Shown here piece after piece: positions 9,779 to 19,417 of a DNA stretch of 64,000 nt. The notes below the pieces were generated by a model. That model worked only from the letters and a program-made list of their open reading frames with translations. It was not told the DNA's origin and ran no database searches. The number at the start of each line of letters is the position of its first letter. Positions within the stretch are counted from its first letter, which is position 1. Source of the stretch: an uncultured Bdellovibrionales bacterium (GTDB taxonomy: Bacteria; Bdellovibrionota_C; UBA2361; SZUA-149; CALKYB01); assembly GCA_964510575.1 (NCBI GenBank), contig CAZECN010000002.1:82314-146313 (forward strand), in the 5' to 3' direction. A program made the translations under genes and the position numbers.

Positions 9779-10726
9779 ATGAAGCGAAGTTTAAGCCAAA
9801 TTCTTACCAGCGCAGTTTATCTATATACTGTTCTTTTTCTTATCTCACCAGCGGCTTTGGCTGAGAGAGGAGCTATTACAGATGAGCATCGAGATTTTTT
9901 AAAACTATTTTACTTTCATCGTCCTGAGTTGAAAATAGACTATGAGTTTCACACCGAAGTAGATGAAGAGGATGGATCCGGATCGGTAAGTCAGCAGGTT
10001 TGGGGCATTGAAGTTGATGTACCAGTGTTTGTTTCCGGAGATACTTTCTATACTTGGGGAGCAGGCTACCAAAGCAGAAGGTTTGATTTTTCAGCATCGG
10101 GTAGAGAAGCAAGTCTTTCAGGTGAAGGCAATTTTCAACAAGCTTTTTTTCGAGCTGGGATAGGACATTTCTTTTCTAGAGATCTGTTTTTCAGTGGTCA
10201 TATTCAACCAGGAATTTTAAGCAACTTTGGCGACGGTTTCGATCAAGAAGCTTTGGCTTTGTATGCTGAAGGTGTTTTTGCTTACCGTCTTAACCCTGGA
10301 GCCCAATTGATAGCAGGGCTTAGGTTTAGCGAAGATTTTGATGACTCACCTATATTCCCTTTACTTGGGGTAAGACTACAGGAGAGCACAGGGAAGTTTC
10401 ATATTAGTCTTACTGCTCCTTTGAACTTTACTTTCAGCTATCATTTGGATCGTAACTCTTTTCTCTACCTTCTGGGCAATATCGAGGGTTTCCGTTACGC
10501 CGTAGACGCTGATTCTATCTCTGATACTTTTGATGCACAGTTCCATCAAAGAAAGATTGGAATTGGAGCGGAGCGATGGATCACCAGCAACATTACTCTC
10601 GGCTTAGAATTGGGTGCCACTATAGAGAGCGAGCTTCAGCTCAAGTCTGATGACGTTGGAGAATTCCGATCTGGAGAACTAGAGCAAGGATTTTATGTTC
10701 AGGTTAAGCTAACAGGATCCTTTTAA
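9779..10726 (+). CDS. outer-membrane beta-barrel protein, hypothetical
   Basis: 315 aa. Signal peptide ending AALAERG, alternating amphipathic beta-strand pattern, and a C-terminal ...VKLTGSF (terminal Phe typical of OMPs). Confidence 0.5.
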   Translation: MKRSLSQILTSAVYLYTVLFLISPAALAERGAITDEHRDFLKLFYFHRPELKIDYEFHTEVDEEDGSGSVSQQVWGIEVDVPVFVSGDTFYTWGAGYQSRRFDFSASGREASLSGEGNFQQAFFRAGIGHFFSRDLFFSGHIQPGILSNFGDGFDQEALALYAEGVFAYRLNPGAQLIAGLRFSEDFDDSPIFPLLGVRLQESTGKFHISLTAPLNFTFSYHLDRNSFLYLLGNIEGFRYAVDADSISDTFDAQFHQRKIGIGAERWITSNITLGLELGATIESELQLKSDDVGEFRSGELEQGFYVQVKLTGSF

Positions 10727-11034
10727 TGTAAGCTCGCGATGTAACGGTAGTGCGACCGTTCTTTTGTCTTGAACATGAAACCCGGCTGGGTGAATACTTT
10801 ATATTTCATGATTTTGGCTTTCTTGTCTTCTTTGGGGCTCAACTTGGTTTCTTCTTCAAGCAAACCGTCTAAAGAGCAGACAGCCATATCTTTATTGTCA
10901 AAATGACCAGAGACGTTCGTCTCAATAGCAGCCTCTTTTGTATTAGCCATGGGGTGACGCGATACGTCTTCTTCGACGATAATCCAGCGGCTTAGAAGCT
11001 GCGGGGAACGTAGTTTTTTTGAGTCATCAAACAT
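10723..11034 (-). CDS. hypothetical small protein (weak)
   Basis: 103-aa ORF in the gap between the OMP gene and dsbD. No recognisable motifs and composition unremarkable. It may be spurious. Confidence 0.2.
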   Translation of the reverse strand: MFDDSKKLRSPQLLSRWIIVEEDVSRHPMANTKEAAIETNVSGHFDNKDMAVCSLDGLLEEETKLSPKEDKKAKIMKYKVFTQPGFMFKTKERSHYRYIASLH

Positions 11035-11076
11035 CTTTTCTCAAGTCTCGTTGAATCTAATGGTATCGCCTTTAAA

Positions 11077-13419
11077 ATGTTATGTAAATTAAGGGCAATG
11101 TGTTGTATCTATGGAGCCAAGATGCTGATTTTACAATATATATTTCTAGCCATGAGACTCTTATTTAGGCGCAATTTCTGCCTTCTACTAGCGACCTTTT
11201 CATTGCTTACCCAGCTCTCCATGGATTCTGCGCAGGCGGAATACGGAGACCTTAGCTCTCCTGGTAACAAGTTTGTTAATGCCTCTTTGGTAGTAGACAG
11301 GGAAAGTATTCAGCCTGTCCCTGAACTTGATCAGTCAGTAGCGATGATCGGAGTAAATTTTCAAATCGAGCCTGGCTGGCACATTTATTGGAGAAACTCT
11401 GGAGAAGCTGCACTGCCAACTACGGTAACTTGGGATTTACCCGATGGCTGGGAAGCTGATCACCTGAACTGGCCAGTGCCCGAAAAGTTTGTAGAGCAGG
11501 GAGATATAACAACTTTTGGTTACTCCGATCAGGTGATGCTTTTTAGTTCTTTGCGGACTAATGATGACCTTGAGGGAGAGCTCATTGTTAGAGCTGAGGT
11601 CAAATGGCTGGTTTGTAAAAACATTTGTGTTCCTGGAAGGACTAAACTTGAGCGAAGCATTAAAGTTTCCAGCAGCGATGCTTTAACTGCTTCAGCTGAC
11701 TTTGAATTATTTAAACAAGCTAAAAAACTTGTGCCGGAAAGTGTGTTGGCGCCAGAAAAGTTTGAAGCAGTAAAAGTGGATGGTAAGTTTTACCAGAGAC
11801 TTGCACTTACTGGTGCGAGTTTGCAGGGTGTAAGTGAAAAAGACTTTCAGTATTTTCCTTATTCCGCTGATAGTCTTTCCGAGCAACTAGCTAAATATTC
11901 AGAAAACCCTGCGGCCCTATATTTTCCTCAAGCCAAGGATAGTATCGAGGGTGTTTTAGTGATTAGCCCTGATGCTCAAGAAATACTTGGGTTACCAGCC
12001 CAGTCAGAAATAAAAATTGATTCAAAAAATGCTCTAGCCCATGCCAGTGCTATTAGTTTCGACTCAGAACCTAAGCCACTTACGCTTAGGTTGAATCATT
12101 ATAAGGACAAAAATAAGGACCCTGACTCTTCTAAAGTAGCGGGTAAGCCTAAGGCTCTCAACGATGAAGGCAATCCTTTGCCCGCACCTCTTAAGCCAGG
12201 TCTTTTTTCGGCTTTGGGATTTGCCTTGCTGGGCGGGATACTTTTGAACTTCATGCCCTGTGTGTTGCCAGTTCTCTCGATAAAGGCTTTTAGCTTGGTC
12301 GAGAAAAGCGAGAAGCCTAAGTCCAGCCGGGTCAGCAGCGCTCTAGCTTATCTGATAGGAATAGAGTTGGCTTTTTTGACCCTGGCCGGCTGTGTTTTAC
12401 TTTTACGAAATCTGGGAAATCAAGTGGGTTGGGGCTTTCAATTTCAAAACCCAGGGTTTTTGGTAGCTTTGATCGTAATAGTTTTCTCCCTGGCTCTTAG
12501 TTTCTTTGGAGTTTATAAAATTAGCTTTTCTCTTCCTGGAAAGGGATTTTCTGATTCAGGTGGGGATGGTTTTTTAGGAGATGTATTCGATGGAATTTTA
12601 ATTACCGTTCTCTCTACCCCATGTACTGCCCCATTTCTTGGTACCGCTTTGGCTTTCGCCTTTGCTGCTCCAGGTTATGGAGTTCTTTTTATCTTCGCTG
12701 TAATTGGACTTGGACTGGCACTGCCGTTTATTCTTTTGAGTTTTAGTGACAGTTGTCAGTCATTGCTGCCCTCTCCCGGAGCTTGGATGAACTCCTTTAA
12801 GCAGCTAATGGGCTTTTTTCTGATAGCTACGGTTGTGTGGCTAATTTCAGTTTACCAAACAGTTGCTCCTCAAGGAGTTACAAGCTTGCTAATGGTTTTG
12901 TTTGTTGTCGCTCTTTTGCTCTGGTGTCTTTCCTTGAGTTCTATCTCTCAGTGGTGGGGAAAGCTGTTAACTTTTTTAGTTTTTGTTTTAGCTGTGGCTT
13001 TCTCTATTCAACGTTGGCCGACCATGGTTTCGACAGCGGAGGCTGGAGGATCTTTAAGCTCTAGCGAAATTATAGATTGGAAAAAGTATTCGCCTCAGGC
13101 CTTGTCTGATGCACAGAGCAAATCTCAACCTGTGTTTATTGATTTTACAGCTCAGTGGTGTGTGACATGTAAGGCCAATGAGAAGTTTGTTATCGAAACT
13201 GAAACAATTGCCAAGGTCCTTGCTCAAAATAAATTTTTCTCCTTAATCGCTGACTGGACTACCGCAGACCCTGAGGTAAGTGCCGCTTTGAAAAAGTACG
13301 GTGGCACTGGAGTGCCCCACTATGTGGTCTTAGATCGTAGTGGAAAAGTCTCCAGTATTTTAGGTAGCGTTGTAACAGTTGAGGAATTAGCTCAGGCTTT
13401 AAAAAGAGCTGCTGGGTGA
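11077..13419 (+). CDS. dsbD: thiol:disulfide interchange protein DsbD (N-terminal periplasmic domain + cytochrome c biogenesis TM core + C-terminal thioredoxin)
   Basis: 780 aa. DsbD-alpha-like WLVCKNICVPG, a multi-TM core with LSTPCTAPFLG, and a C-terminal thioredoxin WCVTCKANE. The true start may be the internal Met near 11152, which gives a signal peptide MRLLFRRNFCLLLATFSLLTQLSMDSAQA. Confidence 0.8.
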   Translation: MLCKLRAMCCIYGAKMLILQYIFLAMRLLFRRNFCLLLATFSLLTQLSMDSAQAEYGDLSSPGNKFVNASLVVDRESIQPVPELDQSVAMIGVNFQIEPGWHIYWRNSGEAALPTTVTWDLPDGWEADHLNWPVPEKFVEQGDITTFGYSDQVMLFSSLRTNDDLEGELIVRAEVKWLVCKNICVPGRTKLERSIKVSSSDALTASADFELFKQAKKLVPESVLAPEKFEAVKVDGKFYQRLALTGASLQGVSEKDFQYFPYSADSLSEQLAKYSENPAALYFPQAKDSIEGVLVISPDAQEILGLPAQSEIKIDSKNALAHASAISFDSEPKPLTLRLNHYKDKNKDPDSSKVAGKPKALNDEGNPLPAPLKPGLFSALGFALLGGILLNFMPCVLPVLSIKAFSLVEKSEKPKSSRVSSALAYLIGIELAFLTLAGCVLLLRNLGNQVGWGFQFQNPGFLVALIVIVFSLALSFFGVYKISFSLPGKGFSDSGGDGFLGDVFDGILITVLSTPCTAPFLGTALAFAFAAPGYGVLFIFAVIGLGLALPFILLSFSDSCQSLLPSPGAWMNSFKQLMGFFLIATVVWLISVYQTVAPQGVTSLLMVLFVVALLLWCLSLSSISQWWGKLLTFLVFVLAVAFSIQRWPTMVSTAEAGGSLSSSEIIDWKKYSPQALSDAQSKSQPVFIDFTAQWCVTCKANEKFVIETETIAKVLAQNKFFSLIADWTTADPEVSAALKKYGGTGVPHYVVLDRSGKVSSILGSVVTVEELAQALKRAAG

Positions 13420-13625
13420 ACAAGAAAGGCTTAGCTTTTTCTAGCCCTAATGAATAAACAACTAATATTATTCAATTTGTTGCAGTTTTTACTAGCAAAA
13501 CTTTAGTCTTTATATTGTTAAATAGACCTATGGTTTTAATAGGAAATATGCTAGCCTAGCCCCCCGTTGGGCCGAAGTTCAATAGGTAGTAAATTTTTAA
13601 CAATAAGCCAGGGAATAAAATTAGG

Positions 13626-15113
13626 GTGAGCGAAGAATACGCCAGTGACATGAGTGGGTTTGCCACTGCAAATCCCGAGAAGGTAAAACGCTTCGAGCAG
13701 TTTGTCGGTTCCTTAAAATACTCCCTGAAGAGAGTGCATCCTTCTAAGATAGTTTTATTCTTAGTCTGTCTTTCGGTGACCGTAAACTTTGTTAGACCTC
13801 AGGATCTACCAGGCCTTGGTTTTATAGGTGCTATTAGGCTTCCTATTATGGTTGCTTTTGTTACTGCAGTTTTTTGGTTTCCTCATGCCCAAAAAAATAT
13901 CAGTAAACCTATCAAGTTAGTATTAGCCCTCCTGGGTATTCAAGCAATTCGAGGCTTGCTAGGTGCTGTTGATCCCACTGATTCTATTATTCGTAATAAC
14001 AGTGCTCATTTTTTTACTTTCAGAAATATGGCTATTCAGATGATTGGCCTTCACCTTCCGATAGTAGCCTGTCTGGCCTGCAAGCAAGGATTACGAGTTT
14101 TATCCTCGGTACTGGTTTGTATAGGCCTGTTTCTGGCTTTTTGGGGTCTTACCCATGCTGGTACGGGCCCAGGGGGCTTTGTGCAAGATGAGAATGATCT
14201 TTGCTATGCTCTTCTTAATTTGATGCCTTTCTCGGTTCTTTATATGGCAACATCTGAACGTTCCTTTGTTAGAATGTTCAACCTTTTAGCATTTGCTGCC
14301 ATGTTTGCCGGGGTTGTTTCTACGGTGTCACGTGGGGGGATGTTGGGTTTCGCTGCCTTAGGAGTATTTCTCTTTCTTCGTTCAGATAAAAAGCCTTTGT
14401 TTATTTTAATAGGGCTTGTTGGAGCAATCGTAGCTATTCCAATTTTGCCTGATAAGTTTAAGGATGAGTTATTTTCTATTCAGAAGGATGTTGGGGGCCA
14501 CTCAGGGACAGTTAAGAAAAGAACTGATATGTGGAATATTACATGGATTGCTTTTAAAGATCCCAAGCATACGCCTTTTGGTGTTGGGATGCGTAATATT
14601 GGCCGTTGGATACCCGACTATGACCCAGAAGCAGGGTCCGCTTCAGCAGGTCAGAAGTGGGGAAGAGCTGTGCACTCGCTCTATTTCCAAATCATGGGTG
14701 ATCTCGGTGCGGCCGGTTTAATTTTGATTGGCTTATCGGTATGGACGGTTTTCCGCTCCAATATGTTGATAGAGAGGCGGTTTAAGAAAGCTTTAAGAGC
14801 AATTAAATATTTCGGCAAAGAGAGGAGAATTGCATTACATAGGGATTACGGAGTCAATCCAGACGAAATCAACTCCTTGTTGAAGACTTTAATGAAGGAA
14901 GGGATATATGTATGTAAGTTCGCAGTTGCCTTGAACACTGCCTTGGTGGGTGGAATGGCTGCTGCGGTGGGAATTTCTGTTCTCTATTACCCCGTTATGT
15001 GGATGGTGATTGCTATCTCTGTTGCATTTAGTTTTTATGCTAAAAATCTTTTAGATAGAATTGAGCAGTTGTATGGTTTTATAGAGGGCAAAGCTGCTAC
15101 CGGCTACAGCTAG
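13626..15113 (+). CDS. polytopic membrane protein, O-antigen ligase/Wzy_C-like
   Basis: 495 aa, about 10 TM segments. VSTVSRGGMLGFAAL and AVHSLYFQIMGDLGAAGLILIGL resemble the Wzy_C / O-antigen ligase conserved loop and helix. The assignment is tentative. Confidence 0.45.
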   Translation: MSEEYASDMSGFATANPEKVKRFEQFVGSLKYSLKRVHPSKIVLFLVCLSVTVNFVRPQDLPGLGFIGAIRLPIMVAFVTAVFWFPHAQKNISKPIKLVLALLGIQAIRGLLGAVDPTDSIIRNNSAHFFTFRNMAIQMIGLHLPIVACLACKQGLRVLSSVLVCIGLFLAFWGLTHAGTGPGGFVQDENDLCYALLNLMPFSVLYMATSERSFVRMFNLLAFAAMFAGVVSTVSRGGMLGFAALGVFLFLRSDKKPLFILIGLVGAIVAIPILPDKFKDELFSIQKDVGGHSGTVKKRTDMWNITWIAFKDPKHTPFGVGMRNIGRWIPDYDPEAGSASAGQKWGRAVHSLYFQIMGDLGAAGLILIGLSVWTVFRSNMLIERRFKKALRAIKYFGKERRIALHRDYGVNPDEINSLLKTLMKEGIYVCKFAVALNTALVGGMAAAVGISVLYYPVMWMVIAISVAFSFYAKNLLDRIEQLYGFIEGKAATGYS

Positions 15114-15251
15114 CTCAGTGCTTATGAGGTGATTAAGCATTTTTTTGACCCTTTTTTTGTTTAAGGCTATAGGCCCAGTTGAAAGATGACCTTTAGGTAG
15201 CTAGGTTGTTTTCTGAGTTAAACTTTTTTCAATATTTGGAGACCTATTCTG

Positions 15252-15857
15252 ATGGCTTTTACTCTTCCTGATCTTCCCTATGACTTTAAGGCTCTTGAGC
15301 CTCACATTGATGCTAAAACGATGGAGATTCATCACGGGAAACACCACGCTGGATATGTGGCAAAGTTAAATGCAGCTCTGGAGGGTTCTGACCTTACCAG
15401 TAAATCAATCGAAGAACTTCTAGCTGGCATTGGAGATGTGCCGGAAAAAATTAGAGGAGCTGTTCAAAATAATGGTGGCGGACATGCTAACCATAGTTTG
15501 TTTTGGAGTATTCTCTCTGCCAATGGTGGTGGAAACCCAGAGGGTGACCTTGCCTCAGCAATTGACTCTGAGTTGGGCGGTTTTGATAAGTTTAAAGAAG
15601 CTTTCTCAAATGCTGCAGCTACACGTTTTGGAAGTGGCTGGGCTTGGCTATCTGTTAAAGGTGGAAAGCTTGTAGTGGAAAGCACTGCTAATCAAGATTC
15701 GCCTCTTATGGAAGGAAAGACACCAATTCTTGGATTGGATGTTTGGGAACACGCCTATTACCTAAACTACCAAAATAGAAGACCAGATTATATCTCGGCT
15801 TTTTTCAATATTGTCGATTGGAAAAAGGTTGGTGAGAACTACGCTGCTGCTAAGTAG
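15252..15857 (+). CDS. Fe/Mn superoxide dismutase
   Basis: 201 aa. [36 protein letters not shown] and DVWEHAYYL, the canonical Fe/Mn-SOD signatures. The metal type is not resolved. Confidence 0.85.
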   Translation: MAFTLPDLPYDFKALEPHIDAKTMEIHHGKHHAGYVAKLNAALEGSDLTSKSIEELLAGIGDVPEKIRGAVQNNGGGHANHSLFWSILSANGGGNPEGDLASAIDSELGGFDKFKEAFSNAAATRFGSGWAWLSVKGGKLVVESTANQDSPLMEGKTPILGLDVWEHAYYLNYQNRRPDYISAFFNIVDWKKVGENYAAAK

Positions 15858-15888
15858 TTTTAAGTTCTTCTGGGTGCTCGAATGTGCC

Positions 15889-16272
15889 TTAGGCCATTCG
15901 GGCAACCCAAGTTCCAAAACACACCATTAACAAACATCCTAGGAAGTGGAGCAAGCTGTGAGCGATGAACCACAGCCATTGGTTTTCTGTAATCAATTGC
16001 CATCCTTCTAGGGAAAAAGTTGAGAAAGTAGTAAGAGAGCCTAAACCACCAACCAACACGGCCAATCTAATTTCAGTTGACCAGCCCTTAGTTTGGGATA
16101 AGTGAAACAATAAGCCAATAAGGAATGCCCCTGTAAGATTGGCCAACAAAGTGCCAGCTGCAATATCTTGGGAAGCCTTAGAAAAGAATTCAGACAGCAG
16201 CCACCTGCCTGTTGCACCTACACCAGCCCCAACCCAAAGATAAACCAAGTAAATTGCGGAGAAATCTTGCAT
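15889..16272 (-). CDS. crcB: fluoride ion channel CrcB/Fluc
   Basis: 127 aa, four TM segments. GGLGSLTTFSTFS motif typical of CrcB. Confidence 0.8.
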   Translation of the reverse strand: MQDFSAIYLVYLWVGAGVGATGRWLLSEFFSKASQDIAAGTLLANLTGAFLIGLLFHLSQTKGWSTEIRLAVLVGGLGSLTTFSTFSLEGWQLITENQWLWFIAHSLLHFLGCLLMVCFGTWVARMA

Positions 16273-16385
16273 GCATTGAGGCTATCACGATGCAATGGCA
16301 AGGGAATCATAAAATCCATTGGTTGATAGCAATTGCTCGAAGCTTGCTGCTTACTGTCTCTATTTTTTTATGCTAGAGAATCGCT

Positions 16386-17564
16386 ATGGGACAAAAAATC
16401 TATATTTGCGCAGCCCGTAGAACCCCTATGGGTAGTTTTCAGGGTAATCTCGCCACAGTTTCAGCCGCCCAACTTGGAGCAGCTGTGATTTCTGAAATTC
16501 TTGCTAGTTCTGGCCTAGGCGGCGAGCAAGTTGATGAGGTTATTTTAGGGTCTGTTCTTACAGCTGGCCAAGGACAAGCACCTGCTCGCCAGGCAATGAT
16601 TGCCGCAGGCCTTCCTATTTCCACCCAGGCTTTAACCGTTAATAAAGTTTGTAGCTCAGGCCTAAAAGCAGTGATGCTTGCGGCAGGAAAGATTGAATTG
16701 GGAGAAGCCGATTGTATTGTGGCCGGAGGGATGGAGAATATGTCGCAAGCGCCTTTTCTCTTACCTAGTCTGAGAACTGGAGCTAGACTTGGAAATGCGG
16801 AGGCCGTTGATTCGCTGATTAATGACGGTCTTTGGGATCCTTATAATGATCAGCATATGGGTAATTGTGCTGAGCTTTGTGCTGATAAGTATAAACTAAC
16901 TAGAGAGGCACAAGACAATTTCGCTTTAGAGAGTTACCGAAGAGCTAACGAGGCAATTAGTTCTGGGCGATTTAGAGATGAGATTGTGCCTGTGACTGTA
17001 AAAAGCCGTCGAGGCGAGACAGTAGTTGAAGAGGATGAAGAGCCTGGAAAGCTTAAGGTAGAGAAAGTCCCAGAGCTTAGGCCTGCATTTCAGAAAGATG
17101 GCACTGTTACTGCAGCGAATGCTTCATCGATTAATGATGGGGCTGCAGCTTTACTGGTTTGTAGTGAAAAGTTCGTGACTGAAAATAAGCTAACCCCTCT
17201 AGCTTCCATCGAGAGTAAAGGTTGGCATGCTTGTGAACCTGAATGGTTTACCACTGCTCCGGTTTCGGCTTTGAAAATGGCCTTGGACAAGGCGGGGAAA
17301 AAAGTAGATCAAATAGATCTTTTTGAGGTTAATGAAGCTTTCTCTGCAGTGGCCTTGGCCTGTATGAAAGAGTTGGCAATTGATCATCAAAAGCTAAACA
17401 TTAACGGAGGTGCTGTGGCACTAGGTCATCCTATCGGAGCTTCCGGAGCTCGAATTTTAGTGACCCTTCTTCATGCCCTAAAGGCAAAAAAGGCTAAACA
17501 CGGTGCGGTTGGAATTTGTAATGGAGGTGGCGAGGCTACTTCTTTGGTAGTGGAGCTAGTTTAA
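16386..17564 (+). CDS. acetyl-CoA C-acetyltransferase (thiolase II)
   Basis: 392 aa. Active-site Cys region VNKVCSSGLKAV, C-terminal NGGAVALGHPIGASGARI and GICNGGGEA thiolase signatures. Confidence 0.85.
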   Translation: MGQKIYICAARRTPMGSFQGNLATVSAAQLGAAVISEILASSGLGGEQVDEVILGSVLTAGQGQAPARQAMIAAGLPISTQALTVNKVCSSGLKAVMLAAGKIELGEADCIVAGGMENMSQAPFLLPSLRTGARLGNAEAVDSLINDGLWDPYNDQHMGNCAELCADKYKLTREAQDNFALESYRRANEAISSGRFRDEIVPVTVKSRRGETVVEEDEEPGKLKVEKVPELRPAFQKDGTVTAANASSINDGAAALLVCSEKFVTENKLTPLASIESKGWHACEPEWFTTAPVSALKMALDKAGKKVDQIDLFEVNEAFSAVALACMKELAIDHQKLNINGGAVALGHPIGASGARILVTLLHALKAKKAKHGAVGICNGGGEATSLVVELV

Positions 17565-17567
17565 ATT

Positions 17568-19385
17568 ATGTCGGCTGAGGAAAAAACTCCGGAAGAAGAA
17601 AAGCTTTATAAAATCCGTCACTCTCTTGCTCATGTGATGGCTCAAGCAGTGTTGCAGCTTCGTCCTAAAGCCAGGTTGGCATTTGGTCCACCGGTGGCTA
17701 AAGGATTTTATTACGACTTTGACTTTGGAGAAAACCCTCTGACTCCTGAAGACTTTCCTGAAGTCGAAGAAAAGATGAAGGAAATCATTAAAGAGCGGCA
17801 AGAGTTTGAGCATTTCGAGCTACCAGCTGAGGAGGCAATAGATAAGCTTGAAAAGAATGGTGAAGTTTTTAAAGCTGAGTATGCCCGTGAGTTAGTTGAA
17901 ACTGGCGAAAGTCGTTTAGGCTTTTATCGAAATGGGTCTTTTGAGGACATGTGTAAGGGGCCTCATGTAAAGCATACCGGAGAGATTAGAAGAGATTGTT
18001 TTAAGGTTGATAGTCTTGCGGGCGCCTATTGGCGAGGTGATGAAAAGAACCCTCAACTTACTCGTCTTTATGCCATCGCCTTTGAAGATAAGAAAAAGCT
18101 AAAGGAGTACCTCGAACTTAGAAGGCTTGCTCAGGAAAGAGACCACAGAAAACTAGGTGCTGAACTTTCACTCTTTGTGATTGATGATGATGTAGGTCAG
18201 GGACTACCTCTTTGGTTGCCTAATGGGACAGTGATCCGAGAAGAACTAGAGGCATATGCCAAGGAGATGGAATTTAAGGCTGGTTTTCAGCGAGTTTCCA
18301 CTCCTCATTTGACCAAAGAGAGTCTTTATCACACCTCTGGTCACTTACCTTACTACAAGGATGGCATGTACCCACCGATGGTATTGGATGATGGTGAGCC
18401 TTATTACCTTAAGCCAATGAACTGCCCTCACCATCACAAGATTTTTGCCGCTAGGCCCAGAAGCTATCGTGATTTGCCTTTTAGGCTTGCTGAATATGGT
18501 ACCTGCTATAGGTATGAAAAAGCTGGTTCTTTGGCCGGTTTACTTCGGGTTCGTATGCTTAGCATGAATGATGCTCATATCTACTGTACGCCAGAGCAAC
18601 TTAGAGATGAGTTTAAAGACGTGTTGGATATGCATAAGGTCTACTACGAAAAATTTCGCCTTAGTGACTACTGGATGAGACTTTCAATATCTGATCCTGA
18701 AAACAAGGAGAAGTTTGTTGATGATCCAGAGGCTTGGAAATCGTCTGAAAAAGTAATTCAAGAAGTTTTGGATGGTATTGGAGTTCGTTATGAGATTGGG
18801 GAAGGTGAAGCTGCCTTTTATGGTCCAAAAGTTGATTTTCAAATTAAGAACGTTGTTGGTCGAGAAGAAACGGCTTCGACCAATCAACTAGACTTTGCAG
18901 TGCCTGAAAAATTTGGTTTGGTTTACAAAGGAGAGGATGGAAAGGATCATACTCCTTACTGTATTCACCGCGCGCCTCTGGGGACTCACGAAAGATTCTT
19001 AGCTTTTCTAATTGAACATTTTGGAGGAGCTTTTCCTTCCTGGATGTCTCCACTTCAAGTACGCATAATTCCAGTAGCTGATAAGTTTCAAGACTACGCA
19101 GAGAACTTAGCTTCGAGTCTGAAAAACGATATGGTCAGGGTAGATATTGATACCAGTAGTGACTCCTTTAATAAAAGGATTAGAAATGCTGTTACTTCTA
19201 AAATCCCCAATATGCTGATTGTTGGAGAAAAGGAAAGAGACAGTGAAGGCGTGGCTTGGAGACGTTATGCCTCTAAGGAACAGAGAACACTTCCTTTTGC
19301 GGAGTTCAAAATCATTTTGCAAAAAATGGTTAAGGATAGGGTTATGGATAACTTTTCGGATGAAGTTCTTCCAGAGGCTAGCTAA
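17568..19385 (+). CDS. thrS: threonine--tRNA ligase, short form lacking the N-terminal TGS domain
   Basis: 605 aa. Editing-domain HSLAHVMA motif, class II aaRS core (MNCPHHHKIF, CIHRAPLGTHERF), C-terminal anticodon-binding domain. It starts 4 bp after the thiolase stop. Confidence 0.85.
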   Translation: MSAEEKTPEEEKLYKIRHSLAHVMAQAVLQLRPKARLAFGPPVAKGFYYDFDFGENPLTPEDFPEVEEKMKEIIKERQEFEHFELPAEEAIDKLEKNGEVFKAEYARELVETGESRLGFYRNGSFEDMCKGPHVKHTGEIRRDCFKVDSLAGAYWRGDEKNPQLTRLYAIAFEDKKKLKEYLELRRLAQERDHRKLGAELSLFVIDDDVGQGLPLWLPNGTVIREELEAYAKEMEFKAGFQRVSTPHLTKESLYHTSGHLPYYKDGMYPPMVLDDGEPYYLKPMNCPHHHKIFAARPRSYRDLPFRLAEYGTCYRYEKAGSLAGLLRVRMLSMNDAHIYCTPEQLRDEFKDVLDMHKVYYEKFRLSDYWMRLSISDPENKEKFVDDPEAWKSSEKVIQEVLDGIGVRYEIGEGEAAFYGPKVDFQIKNVVGREETASTNQLDFAVPEKFGLVYKGEDGKDHTPYCIHRAPLGTHERFLAFLIEHFGGAFPSWMSPLQVRIIPVADKFQDYAENLASSLKNDMVRVDIDTSSDSFNKRIRNAVTSKIPNMLIVGEKERDSEGVAWRRYASKEQRTLPFAEFKIILQKMVKDRVMDNFSDEVLPEAS

Positions 19386-19417
19386 TTTACTGGTCAACTA
19401 GTTCACTGGTAAACCGC

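Noticed and set aside
16273-16385. Possible fluoride (crcB-motif) riboswitch in the 5' UTR of crcB
   Set aside because: The minus-strand UTR has a CAAUGG...CCAUUG stem and a GAUAGCCUC segment resembling the 3' half of the motif (CUGAUGGCCUC). The required pseudoknot partner (GAGGC in the loop) and the GGCGAUGG-type P1 are absent. It should be scanned with Rfam RF01734 before any call.
19386-19417. Near-palindrome caactagttc/actggt repeats between convergent thrS and the membrane protein gene as a bidirectional terminator
   Set aside because: The symmetry is imperfect (caactagttC rather than caactagttG) and the potential stem is short. It is not convincing without a folding computation.
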